A stretch of 64,000 nucleotides of DNA, taken from assembly GCA_002104905.1 (NCBI GenBank), contig MCFE01000153.1, forward strand, positions 62,001-126,000, in the 5' to 3' direction. The translations under genes and the position numbers were made by a program. Positions 48,041 through 61,058 of the stretch are shown piece after piece. Positions within the stretch are counted from its first letter, which is position 1. Each line of letters starts with the position of its first letter. Under the pieces are notes generated by a model that made no database searches, was not told the DNA's origin, and worked only from the letters and a program-made list of their open reading frames with translations. Origin of the DNA: Basidiobolus meristosporus CBS 931.73. Taxonomy: Eukaryota; Fungi; Basidiobolomycota.

Positions 48041-48561
48041 CCCAGCTCACTTCAGCCCTACATTGGAAGTCAGCCTGCATAGAGATCGCATCCCTAGAAT
48101 TTGATCCACCCGAGGGTGGGGATCGTTTTTGTCCACCACCACCGATACCAGAGGTGGCTCGTACTTCGTATCCATTAATATACCTTTCCCTATTTCCCTA
48201 TACATCCCACCCCCCCCACTCACCCCCTCCAAGCAACATAATAAATTCATTCGGGTTCGGCCATTCTTTACACACCATTTGAAAGGGGTGCGGAGGGGAT
48301 TCCAAGGAAACAACTTTATTTGAATAGCTTCGTCTTGATGGGCTTGGCGACATCATCTATCCACCATGCTCGCGAGGAGAATGGTGGTCGAAGGGCGATA
48401 GATATAGTAAACGGTGCTGGGTACGATGAGAGCTGGGTAGGAACGCGAGGGGGGATTCGTAGGGGGTGGGATTAAATACTTACGGGCCACTTGATGTCTC
48501 AGTGATTAAAGGGATTCAGACGTTGGCCGACTCGGGGAAGCGAGTGGTTGGGCGAGGAGGT

Positions 48562-50251
48562 TTACTCGGTTTTCTTGGGGTGTTTGATCCGAAGGCACCA
48601 GATATCAAAGAACGCGCAAACATCGGCGATCACCGCCAGTGCGAAATGGGCATAGGCGGCGATGGAGTAAACGAGGGCCACAATGATGTATGCGAATTCG
48701 TATTTCAGTGGGAGGATCGGCTCTCTGGAGAGGTGAGCGGGTGGGTTAGCAAGGTGATGGAGAGCACGGGGGATACGGCCACACCGTTACCTGTTGAAGT
48801 AGGCTGGCAGAGAGGCGTTGAGAGCTCCCAAGATCAATGGGATGAAGATACGATGGAAGTAGGGGAAGGGTGCCTTGGTCACATGGGCGAGGATCATTCG
48901 GCCAACCATATAACCAAAGGAGCAACCACAATAGATCATGAAGGGAGTCAAGTGCTCAGTAACGATGCTTGGGGAGGCATTGAGCCACGCGTACACCAAT
49001 CCCACGCTTCCAGCAAATGGAAGAAGGCCAAGCAGGGCTTTGGCTGGAGACTGGTTATTCTTCTTGGAGGTCTTGATGACGGTCACGATACTAAAGACGG
49101 AGGAGCGGTCAGTAGATGGTCCACCGATCGATCCAAGTGGTCAGCGGGTCAATCCCTACCTGCTAAGAACATTCGCGCCCAGTACGACCAGAGATAGTAG
49201 GTTGAAAGCCTGATTCGTGGGGAAATCGGGGATCCAAGTGAGCGAGCCAGGGGCAAGGCCAAGAAGTTGACGGAGGGAGCGCTTCCAGAAGGAGGAGCCG
49301 CCTTCTATTTGGTGTATCCACCATTAGACCGGCGCTCTCGAATCAGCACAAGGGCAAAACTTACCAACGAAGCCGGTCAGTCCAAACAGCCCCACTAGCA
49401 ATACAATCCCTTCGACCGGGCCGCTGAAATAGCCCAGATAGAGCGTTCCTGTGTGGTACTCTTCCCAAGTGGAGAGGTAGAAATTGCTGGTTGCTGCGTA
49501 AGGTGGGTTAGCAAGGGGAGGGAAGGGACCAGCATCCATGCGGCATCGACCTACCAGCGAGAAACGAGACCAGCGTCCACCATGATTGGCCAACGCCGAG
49601 TACAGACGAGCAGATGACAGTTCCAAACTACAGACAGAATGCGTTAGTTCTCGACAAATAGCGAGCGAGCGGGCATCCACCGATCGTCCATACCGCAGTA
49701 TTCAGAGCGTCACATCCTGGAGAAAGGGACAGTCAGTAGGTGTCGATGAACAAGCTAGACCGATTCATAAAAATAACTACCGTGGTCGAACATCTCGCCC
49801 AATGGGCCAGAGGTGCCGGTCCGACGTGCCTGCTTCCCATCGATGGCGTCGAGAGACGCGTAAACCCACAGGCCCACGGCATAACTAGGGGCAAGTTAGA
49901 AAGGCTTCGTCGGGGGGGGGGGAGGGGTACAAGCACAAGCCCTACCTGACGTACACCCAACCAGGCACCGGTTCGCTCAACGTGGGATCCAGTATGATGA
50001 CAGTAAAGAAATTCACCACAACGCACAGAAAGCCAATCAGGGTGATGAGATTTGGCCTAGAGAATGCAGGTTGGATGAGGGCTCGCGGAAGAAAGATGGC
50101 TGCTTATCACTTACGCCATCCACAGAGGGAAAAGCTTCACCAGCGCGCTCCAGTAGTGCTGCAAGACATATTTCGACAAGAGGGACTTGTCCACCCCGCT
50201 GTACTTGTATTTCGACAGGTTGCTCAGATACTTCTGCTGTATGTAGGTCAT
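48562..50251 (-). CDS. EPT1/CPT1: Choline/ethanolamine phosphotransferase (CDP-alcohol phosphatidyltransferase), multi-exon
   Basis: Starts [23 protein letters not shown]. Intron 50057-50114 (GT-AG) joins WMA|PNLITLIG. Signature [23 protein letters not shown](G)CD; [13 protein letters not shown]; ends [13 protein letters not shown]. Confidence 0.92.
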
Positions 50252-51084
50252 TTCAGGGGCACCAAGGGATTCTTGTGTGGGTTAATAAAACGTTTATGTT
50301 AGGTTAGTGGGGTTTTAGTGTGGGTGTGGCTAGGCAAGCGTGCGCAGCGGGATGTCTGAGCCAGCCGGCCTTAAAAGCAGAACCTCAGCCTCCCCTTGAG
50401 GTGAGTTTTCGTTGCCGTAAGGGGCAAAGAATGGCCAAAATTGCACCTGAAGGCCAGCACCCAATCAGGGCCCCAGGCTGAGGAGCGCGTGATACAATTA
50501 GATCATTCATTGTTCCAAGAAAGGAGTCATCTCATCAAGCACTCAACGTCTCCACTCCACTGAGCACCCAAAATGAAGTTGATCTTGGGATATTGCAAAT
50601 TAATTTCGGACAGCCGATTGACGTAGCATTTCCGAATGGTAACCGGCGATTCCATACAAGGAGAATTTCTGTACGCTGATGGAAATGATATCAAATGACT
50701 GCATGGACGGCAAGATTACTGGCATGCTGGCATGCTCCACCCCAATTCACCGGGATCATGCATGTGCTTCAACCAAAGGTGCATCCTCACCCAGATGCAA
50801 CCCAAATCCACCGCCGAGCAGGCCTGAAGAAGCGGGCTTCTTATCCCGCGGCGGTGCTCAGCCGGTGAGATTGGCTGTTCCGCCGCAACCGACCAGCACG
50901 ATCGTGGTGGATGCGTCGAGGGTCCATTGACTATCATTTATTTATTTGTATATTAGCGTGGACTGAACGGCAGAGATGAGTAAGGATAAGGTGGATTGAG
51001 CGGTATCACGGTTGTATTTACACTAGCGAGCCATAGCCGACGAGTAAGCCGCGGGGTTAGACCCATGTGGGACTCGAGGAGTAG

Positions 51085-52069
51085 CTAAATATGCAGTGCA
51101 TTCATCGCCTCCCAGTCTTCGGCTGCGTTGGTGCCGTTTTTAGGGGAGGGGAGGGGGTCCATTTTCTCCAGCTCGCGGCATATCAGCGTATGTACAACCA
51201 AGTCCAGATCTCGGTTGATCACGGCAAGGATTTTCTACAATGAAGCTTGGTTACTGCTGGATGCTACGTGCGGTCGCTGTCGCTGTCGCATTCGTTACCT
51301 TGAACTTCGTATCTATCTTGGAAACGACTTCCGCCAACGGGGATCTGTAAAACTCCGGAATCCCCTCCATCAGCTTCGTATAAACAACCACCATGATGTC
51401 GCAGAATGTGTGCAGGATCTGTAGGTAGTCGGGCTCGAAGGGCTAGAGGGAGCCACCCGGTTAACTCTTGACAGGCCAGCCGAGGAGGAACTTCACAGTG
51501 GCTTACCGTGGTTCTAACGTCGAGGTGGATATATTCACCCGTCTCCTGAAAGTTCGTGTTGAAAAACACCTGCTCCCCGGTGAACTTCGATTTCCGGAAA
51601 AAATTGCGCTAGAGGAAAGGAAAGGTCAGCCTAGTTGGGAGGGTTCGGCACGCCGCCGGGGCTAGAAACCTTTTTTGTTTTGCTCCCGTCGCTGACGAAG
51701 TGCTCGTACTCGTGTATTATTTGATGGAGCGCTTTGACGTAATCAGGAGTGGTTGTGATTTCAAGTATGGGCCCGAGGCTGGTGCCTAATATGAAGATCT
51801 TTTGGGACCTAGAGGGTGTACGTTTGGTGAGGTCCTTTGGTGGCTGTAGAATGCGACGGACAACACAGGTGTGGGTACCTCTTTCGAAGCCTTTTGTTGT
51901 TGTAGAAGCGACTGAGATCTTCCTCGGAGAGCAGGATAGTGTTGAAGTAGTGGGCCCCGCCGTTGTGAACCCTTTGCAGGTATGCGAACGTGGAGATTCG
52001 CTTGTGGATGAGATCTCTCAAAGCCTCGAGAGTGCTGGTTTCTTTTGGTGAAGAGGGCGAGGAATCCAT
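51085..52069 (-). CDS. Conserved fungal hypothetical protein, multi-exon
   Basis: Starts MDSSPSS...RISTFAYLQRVHNGGAHYFNT. Plausible GT-AG splicing gives ...PFEPDYLQILHTFCDIMVVVYTKL...KIDTKFK|KILAVI...ALHI*. The motifs look familiar from fungal proteins but I cannot name the family. Confidence 0.65.
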
Positions 52070-52874
52070 AATGAACAGGCTGCAACGGAGGTATGTATGT
52101 CAATTGGTACCATTCCTCGAGACACAATCCCTGCGGTTATAATCCAATTTAATTAAATGAGGTTTATCGTTTCCATTGGGTTAGCGCGTTCAAGGCGAGG
52201 CAATGGGATGTTGCACACGGTTGTTTCCCGATGTGAAAAACATCCTATTTCAGGCCACCAAGGCCGTTTCTGAGAAATGCCCACCAATTCCCCCAAGAAT
52301 AGGCATTGGTCGCTGTTCAACTAGGTAATAGATGTTGGTGTAACATCAGTGATATTAAAAATCCATCATAAAGATGTTGCCTTGAGGCACTCGGTCACCG
52401 TGAACCTGATTGGCATCGAGCCCAGCATTGCTGAGCTCCAACGGCGCGCCCTCGTTTACTATGTATGCTCACCATGTAGAGTAGTATACCATCCGCGTGT
52501 CCAATAGCATGCAGCCTGGCGAGACTGAAGTCACCAAACCCTGCGCGGGATAGCCATCCCGGATATGTATGGGAAATTGAGCATCAGCTCGAGTGGCTTG
52601 TGTACCAGTTGGCTGCTTTTACATTGATCCCATTTATTTTGGAATGGACCTCTAAAACCAAATCCCGGTGGGTGACAAGCAAGATGGGCGCGCAAGAAGA
52701 ATGGCAAATATTGAAACTTACATTCAAACTGACATACATGGTATAAAGGATGTGAAGTAATTTATAAATGAAAGAAAAGAGCGAGCTGTACAATAAAAAA
52801 GCTGATTTTCGCTATCCAACATGGAAGAGATGGGGATTTGATTTGTTCGGTTAACTGAAGGCCTCGCTGGGTAA

Positions 52875-55001
52875 CTATTCTTCAGGCACGGTCTCTCGGG
52901 CTTGAGCGAAGAACAAGCGTAATTCATTGGCGCCAATGTTTTCAAGCTGGTATTGGTTACCTGGTTCGGGGTCAATTGATGGATTCATGTTGCTTCGTAC
53001 ACATGTTTACTTCTTACCTCTGGGCACATGGAATTGTCCTCCGGTAGAGATGATAAAGCTTGATTCGTGGATGGTAACCCGGCACGAGCCGGATATCACG
53101 TAGAAAACCTGCCAGTTTGTGGTAAGAACTCACTGCAGCCACATGGCTCGTCGAATCTGGGGCTTACCATGGCGTTGTCGTAGGAGTTTCTTTTCGGCTT
53201 TTTGCCATTCACATGGATCTTGATGATTCCGGAGGACATGAAGGCAGCTTCACCAAATGTCTTTTCGAACTCGAATGACTGGTTCTTCACTGGTTTGGTC
53301 GAAACCATATCTTTTGTCAAACCAATAGCTAATTCACAGATATGGGAGTCAGTAAGAAGCCAAGCGCTATGTACGAACTAGGCTTACCTTGCTTGACGTC
53401 TTCGCCGGTATACCAATCACGGACGGTGATCTCTTCGATTGGTTTGTCATCGTATATGTCGTCGTCGTCATCCTCCTCCACATCGATTCTCCGACCTTTC
53501 TTGGCCGCTGGCCTTCTTTTGGCCTTCTTCGGATGCAGGAATTGCTCCTCTGGGACAGTGACAATCTCCTTCACCACTGGCACGACATTTTGTCCTGGGA
53601 CACCAACGATCAGTATGGGTGCCTATTTCCTTGTCCAAATCTGTAGTTACCTGATTTTCGGCGGCCGTAAACAATTCGTTCATTTCGCCAGTAATCAAGC
53701 GGCTTGACCCTGGTTCTTCCGCTGCGTCGAACACCCTCCTCTTCACTCAGGATCCTGGGGCTGACTTTCTTGATCACTAAATATTCAACATGCGCGTTAG
53801 AGGGATTTCATTGCTAAGTCGGGTGTAATCAAAGTACCCTGCTTGGGGGCAGCTTGCTTGGGAGCGGGTTTCTTCTTAGCGTCGCCCGAGGCTAGGTCAT
53901 GAATTGAGTTAGGTTGTATCGCAGTAGGAATGGACTGGGGGATTACCTCTGCCTGAGCTGACGGCTTTCTTTGGGGATGGCTTTGAGTATAGGGGGGATG
54001 ACTGCTCCAGGCTTTCGTTCATATCGTTTTCTGAGAGAACCTCGTCTACCTCTTCGTTCAGTTCTTGCGGAATACTTCTGGAACCTCGGTTTGACAGCGG
54101 ACTGGCCGACAGCGATGAGTTGTCCAAAACGGAATCGAGTTCGGTGTCTCTATCCATTGGGCTTGGTTCCAGCATGGGCATAGAGTCGTCGGCGTCGGGG
54201 ATAGTGGCTTCCTCCATCGAGTATTCTTGTTCGGCCGGCGATTCTACGCGACGGCTTTGATACTTCGACCTCTGGTTATTCTTCCGGCTCGAGGAGTTCG
54301 GAGTGCTAGAGATCATAGGCTTTCTGATGGGTGAAGCGGTGATTTTGCTGGCGCTCTTCCTATTGATAGCACCGATATCTGGGGATTCCATGCTCTCCTC
54401 AAAGATATGTCGCGTTCTCTTAGCCGAGTAGACATTTCGGGTCACCGACTTTGGTACGGGGGTGTTCTCGGAACGATTGCTGTTGATGGAAATTACTAAA
54501 AGGGGAGGGGGTTACTTCTCATGCATCGAAATGTTAGCCGAGCTTGGCGATTACCTGAAGATTGATCAAGGTAGGCAGCAGGACTGACTCCGCTTCCTAT
54601 TTTGCTTGGAGATTAGTATCTGTCTCAAGAGGATCTACTCTATCAAAGAAGGCTACGCACCAACTGACAATTCCATATCCGCGGATTCTTCAAAGGTGGT
54701 CTCCAGTTCCGAGCGCTCCATATCGATATTTTGACTCTGGGTGTTAAGCTTTGTGGGGAGTTGCTCATCCTCCGAAGAAGAGGCAAAGAAATCATCCACG
54801 TTGTCTAGCCCGTCTTCATCTTGTAAGATATTCTTTCTGATAAGAACTCCGGTTTTTCTGAGAGGTTGAGGAAGGGGGATTGGTTTCAGGGAATGGACGG
54901 ACACGCTTAAACACGCTCGACACTTACCTTCCGCGAACGCCGATGTCTGTGAACTGGTTGTCACGCTTATGACGCTTTTCCCTAGGCTTGACGGAGTTCA
55001 T
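52875..55001 (-). CDS. MIF2: Centromere protein C (CENP-C/Mif2), multi-exon
   Basis: Mif2_N-like MNSVKPRE...DNQFTDIGVRGR|KTG...DEDGLDNVDDFF. CENP-C motif RRSGRTRVKPLDYWRNERIVY (~53660-53740). C-terminal cupin FEKTFGEAAFMSSGII...VPR|GNQY.LENIG...LFFAQ. Confidence 0.9.
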
Positions 55002-56234
55002 GTCTCAACGAGGATTTGGACTGACAGAGTGTAGTAATTTGGAGGGATTACAGGCTAGAATAAAAAGGAATTGCACTGAACCAAGGAGTGAAGGAGGCAA
55101 CAGTGTTGGGGGTGGTGGGGGACAAAAATTGTTCTATGCTGAAAGCACAAGTTGTAATTCAAAACAAGACCAGGAAGTCACCGCGTCCAGGTGCGTCAGG
55201 AATTTGTAGTCACTTATTTTGATCGTGATTGTATTGGACCAACTGGAGGAGAAAACATAATGTAAATAAAGCATACGATTGGTGAAGAGCCAGAGTCCTT
55301 TTCATAGGGATTGTTGGTGGTGAAATGAGGGGATTTTTTCCGACCATTTCGATTATCATCAGATTTCTCGGATTCATTTCGCGCTTGAGCTACTCACCGC
55401 TGCCGCTGGTACTTGCTTCGACTGTCGCCCGCACAGCATTTCCCCTTGTGCGAATCGACGGCCGGATGACTCTGGTAACGATCCACCGAATTCTCACCCC
55501 ACATGGAATGCGATTAACAGATTCTCCCAAATTACCTGACAAACGGGTACGTGCTGGCGTAAGCCATCCCTGGAGTGGACACGCCTGCTTGGAATAGCTG
55601 CCCCATCACAAGGCCATGCATAGGAACAATGAATCATTGGTGTGTAAGGCAGCTACAGGTTTGGTGGGCTCACCATTGGTGAAGTTTCTGCTCTTTCACA
55701 CCAATGCAATATTATTGTGGATGGTATCGTCCACCTCCGCCTTTAAACAGGATATGGCGATGTGATGGAGGTTGTGCTAGGTGGAGGCAACATTGAAAGG
55801 ATCACTCCATCTACAACACGGAGATTCGTGTATTATCCCTTTCGCTCGTTGAGATAAGGTGGCTGTGGCGACGCAAAATCAGACACAAAGCGTTCTTGAT
55901 CGATTATTCGAAACAATCATATCGCAAGGCGGGGTAGGGTTGCCTAATGAATCAATCAAAGAAGCGGTGCTAGCCAACATGATAACCAGTTCTGAACGAA
56001 CAAACACCCGGTTCCTGCGATGCCAGAGATAGCTTCAATGGTTGGCGAGACCAGAGTTGTGCAGGAGAAAATGGCAGATTCTGGTTCCTGAAATGCATTG
56101 TCAAAATTTATTTTAGGATTGGGCAATGGAATTTATCACAAATGCACGGTGTGATGGGGAGGAATGGAATGTTGTTCGGATTCAATTGCAATGTTGATGC
56201 AATTGCAAGAATCTAAATGCGCTACACACTGGCT

Positions 56235-57723
56235 TTATAACATCCACTTCTTGAACGCCTCGACCTCCCTTTGTCTAGCATCCTTGAGAGATTGAGTGTC
56301 CGTAGTGGCATTGGTGCCCAGATCCGTACAGTGAGAACCTTTGGTGATGACTACCAGAGGGCTAGATGGTTTGTCGTGACGTTTAGGTGCATTGGGGGAG
56401 TTCACAGAAAGCTTCCTCCAGGGGTCGATTTGACCGTCGGTATAGAAAATTTTGGGAGTACGTACATGCCAGCCATGATGCTGTCGGTTAAACTTGGTGA
56501 TCTCTGGGGTCATTTTTTTTCCGAATATCTTCTCACAAGCGTTGACCTGCTGTCTTAGATCACAATACTTGGAGCGAATTCTTGGGAGCGGCTCGCGGGG
56601 TGCGGTCTGGAAATACCCAAGCTCAATGCATGTTTGCCAGTACCAGCTCTTCGTGTCATCGTGTGACAGATTCTTGTTCATGCCTTCGTAATCGTAGAAG
56701 TGAAGGGAGTCCGGCCCCTCGATTTGGTCTTTAATGTATTGAGCCCAGATATTAAGCTTATCTTGGACAGTCTTGGCGGTGTCAAAAGGCTGGCAAAAAG
56801 TGTCAATGGGGTCTACTTTGGCTGGCCTGTAGTATTGTACAAGCCCAGAGAGGATATCGGTGTAAGCAAAGGCAAAATCGGCATTGTCGGTAATGTTCTG
56901 AAGCCCAAAGGTAGTCTTAAGGTTAGCGATTTGCTCCTCGTCTCTCTCATCCAAGATTCCGTCTATATGCTTGGTAACCTCGTGAAGGTGCTTTGCACAG
57001 GGAAGCGCTTCGGTTAGCGCCAAGTCGTATTCGTAGAAGTCTGCTTTGGCTTGAACTGGGCCTGAGGATGCGAGTGCAGCATGAATTAGTTCTGGGTACT
57101 TTTGGCGGCCCCAAGAAGCTTGTGCTCCAGCGTAGGAGCCGCCAACAAGAGCCCATTTGGTCTTAGGGGAAACACCTTCGTGAGTGAACTTTCGAATGAA
57201 GTTGGCGAAATCAGCCAGGCCTTGGTCGACGGTAAGAAATCGCAAATCTTCCGGGGTGGACTGTGGGGTCGGAAGAGATTTCCCGTAGTAACGATGCTCC
57301 AGCCCTACAATCATACCGTTAGTGGCCTCGGCAAGGTTACGAAGCTGACCGCCGCCAACAGGTCTTGCAGCACCTTCTCCTGGGGAGTAAACTGAAACAC
57401 CTAGTTAGTTAGGGTGCTGTGGATTATGACTCAAGTGACTTACGAAATACTGGGCCCCCAGGCTTGAAGTAGGTGGTGTTCAAGAAATAGCGTTGCTGAA
57501 ATACAGTTGTGTTTTTGCTGAAGTGGTCCACCTGTTGGTCGAACCAGTGCTCCGGTAGAGCGCTGGGGTCAGCCGCTAAAATGCCAGGGATGCTCTGAAT
57601 CCAATCCTCACCCTCCAGTTGCGCGTGGTGTCTTTTGATATGCACAGCATTACCAACACTAAGCAAATGGAACGAGCCGAATACTGTCAGGCAAGCCTTC
57701 ACCCACATTGATTTATATAGCAT
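56235..57723 (-). CDS. Secreted serine peptidase, family S28 (prolyl carboxypeptidase-like), multi-exon
   Basis: N-terminal hydrophobic signal-like stretch, HWFDQQVDHF...FQQRYF, LEHRYYGKS, nucleophile motif GGSYAG, DPWR and GSHCTDL. Confidence 0.9.
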
Positions 57724-59136
57724 GAGTAGTTAGTTTGACAACGAGCGCGCATTCAGGGTACTTATACTTCACTCATCTGGCATTGCTTGCATCACCCAAT
57801 ATCAAATCCTCGTAACTAATCTTTGATCTCAATCAAGTACAACAGTCACCAACCAATGGCACATCACCTCCAATCCGGTCTAATCTATCGTGTAGGCAAT
57901 CTCTCTGCATGCCGAAAATTAAAATACTGAGCAATTGAGAATACATACTATAACGTCCCTTGGGCGACGGCTGATTTTGGCTAAATTGGCCATATATCTC
58001 ACGTCACAAGCCCAGCTCGATATTCACGTGGTACACAGGTGTCTAACGTGTTGACTAATATAACTATGTCCTTGGACTAAATGACCAAGACCGCGGCTGT
58101 TCAGTGGGGTAATGTACGAATTGTATCTGAAGCTTGAGACAAGGGATAGCCAAGGTGTTGGTATGCGACACGGGCGACAGGATCATGGATTCCGGTCTTC
58201 TAGGAACCTTCCAGGATCACTTGGGTATGTCTGCGGGATACGCTTACAGGAAAACTGTGAACTCGTTTGAATACATGTGCCGTGTCTGGGATCTCTACTC
58301 CACTCCACACCACTCCATAGACCCACGCATCGACCGATGCAATTGGAGTACTGATCCTAGCTTGACATGCAATGACGAATATGAATCAAACTCATTTCTC
58401 GGATTTTCCTGGTGGGTTTCCCGTTCTCTAGTGGTTCAGTTGCCCTTTGTAACGCATCCAGATCTCTTGGCAACCCCCGTATATAGGTTCTGTGCCGGTG
58501 ATACGAGTCGACTGCGTGTTCTTTCTGTAGTTAGCCCCTACTTACTGGTGAACGCAACGTAGGACAGTTGAAGGGCGAGCATGCAAATCCATTTTCTTAT
58601 TTGATTTGAAATTCGACAGGAGGCTATGGGGAAAGCCTAGCATATTGGGACATGGCGATCACGAAGCCTTTGTTAGCCTCGATTGTGCGTCAGTGAAATA
58701 GCTAGTTGGCATATCGGATGGGTTGTTCAAATTGCAGTTTATCATTTGTCATTAGATTTTTCTTCACTGAGTTTCGGTCAGACGTGGTAGGGCTAGTTCT
58801 TCTACGAGGAGGGCTATCTGCAGCTCTCACCTACCACATATCCATCGCAGCAACCACTAAGAACGACCTTGTGAGTTCTAGTGTAATGCCTTTGCGGCTC
58901 TGAGATCAGGAGTGCTTTCTTAGCGTACATACAGCAAGCGCAATCCAACTATGCGATTGGCTTTATCCTGGTCAAGCTAATTTGTGCCGATCTATCCCTA
59001 TCCTGTGATTGAATGGTTGTTTGGCGCGACAAATCCAGGTCGTCCACATACGATTGTTCTACATTTACGAATACGTATTTGTTTATTTATTTACGAAGTT
59101 GCTTTCTAGGCAACACTTTCTTCCTGAAAAAAAAAA

Positions 59137-61058
59137 TTAGGCGGATTTGGAAGAGTTGTAAAATCCTTGAAGGAGCTGGTAGAGGCCATAAGCTCCCGGG
59201 TCGGGTACGCGATACTTGGGATCCTTATAAGGCTGTTCATCCTCGCCATGGCCAACATATGTGGCGCGGCCACGAAGTGGGATCATGTCAATGGTGGAGT
59301 CTACTGCGGAGCTAGCCTCCTTGACGGCGGCTTCGAAGGAGTTCTCCTGGGCGAATTTCTCTACGAAAGGAATCAGAACGTCCATGAGGGTACGGTGGCC
59401 AACTCTGGCAGTGGTGTACTTCTGTAAGCTGGCTAGGGCGGAGTTTAAATAAGTCCCCCATTGCTTAACGGCATAAAGATCGGCCGAGTTTGATGTTCTG
59501 AACGCGTTGGCCAGAGCATCCAAGAAGATGCAATACAAACCGCCAGAGGTACCGCCCATGGTTTGCTCGACGATCTCGCTGATCTTCATGATAGTAGCAG
59601 CGGGGTTTTGATCATCGAACGGAATCTGATCGGCTTCGATGGCTTTCTTGATAGCACTGGCACCTCCCTTCAGGGTCAAGCCGCAATCACCGTCACCCCA
59701 GATTGTGTCGTAAGCAGTGATCTTGGGCTCTTCTTTGATAGCGGCTTCGCAAGCGGCGATAATAGCCGGTTTCCAAGCTTTGACAAGATATCCGTCCTTG
59801 GTAGTAGTTGTTTCAGTCTTGTCCGATCCAGAGGCAGCCCTCTCAATGAAATCCTCGCTGACAGACCAAGGTTTGCCCTTGGAGCCCATCAGGTTGCTCC
59901 ATCCAGCTACTTCAACTGGATAATCCAACCATGTGAGGAGATCTTTCTCCGACTCGGTAGGAACAGCCAGGAGGGTGAGTGACACGCCTTGCATATCCAA
60001 AGCGGTCATGAAATGGCCGGAATAAAGTCGAAGAACTTCGAAAGACTTGGATTCTGTTATTACAATGGTGGATTAGTGGCCATATCCTTGCCTTAGAAGT
60101 AAGCATAGAGCATTACCCAAATATTCAACAGCGTCTTTGCTGACAATGCCCATCTCTAGAGCAGTAGATCCACCAAGGTTGTTCACCAGCAAGATAACCT
60201 TCTTGTTGGCAAATTTCCCTTTCATTGGGTTAGACTCGAGGATTTTATCAATGATAAGCTTGACAAGATTCTTGGAGGTAGAGAGCTGGGCAGTCTGATA
60301 GCCGGGTTCTCCGTGGATACCTACGAACCGACTTAATCAGGTCGTTACTCATAACAAAGGTTTACTCGAGTTGACTTACCCATTCCTAATTCAATCTCGT
60401 GGCCCTTAAATTGTCGAGCTTCGTTCGCGGTGCCAGGTACGGTGCAGGGTCTGAGCGCGACTCCGATGGTACCGACGTTGCTAACAACGGTTTCAGCGGC
60501 AGCCTTGACTTGCTCGAAAGTTCCGCCAAGAGCGGCAGCAGCACCTGCACATTTGTGAACCAAAACGGTGCCAGCCAAGCCACGTCTACCTACGGCCGAG
60601 TCTTCACCACCTCCGACGCCAACATCGTCTCCTACTACAAGCAACTCAATTTTTTCGGCCAAACCTTCGGCACGAGCTCTCTCCAAGGCTCTGCCAAAGT
60701 TGATGATGTCACCAGTGTAGTTCTTCACTACGACCAGAGTGCCGTGTTTGGCGGAAGCAACATTACGCAAGCAGCTTAAAACCTGAGTGGCAGAGGGGGA
60801 GGCAAATACATTACCAGCCACAGCGGCGGTCAGCATTCCCTTGCCTACCAAGCCAGCATGAGAAGGTTCATGTCCAGAGCCACCGCCACAAATGACGGTT
60901 ACCTGGGAATCGCGCAATTGAGCGGCTTGCTCGGAATAGACAACCTTGTGATCCAAATCCAAGCGAAGATGTGGGTGCACTTGGCAAAGGCCCTGGAGTG
61001 ACTCGGCAACGAGCGAGTCGGCCTCGTTCATCAAGTGCTTAGAAGCGGGTGTGGTCAT
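59137..61058 (-). CDS. DAK1: Dihydroxyacetone kinase (Dak1/Dak2 domains), with introns near 60330-60380 and 60060-60110
   Basis: Likely start MTTPASKHLMN. Motifs GGGSGHEPSHAG, VKNYTGD, ELGM|GIHGEPG, GDGDCG, MGGTSGGLY and DPGA. Confidence 0.93.

Noticed and set aside
48466-49197. 243-aa plus-strand ORF
   Set aside because: It is the antisense shadow of the phosphotransferase exons and starts at GTG. The same applies to the antisense ORFs over FIT, the S28 peptidase and DAK1.
52875-55001. The TE block being a centromere because CENP-C lies nearby
   Set aside because: The position of the CENP-C gene says nothing about centromere position. CENP-A ChIP or Hi-C would be needed.
58134-58562. 142-aa plus-strand ORF between the S28 peptidase and DAK1
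   Set aside because: It has a TTG start and no recognisable motif or splice support, so it is treated as intergenic.
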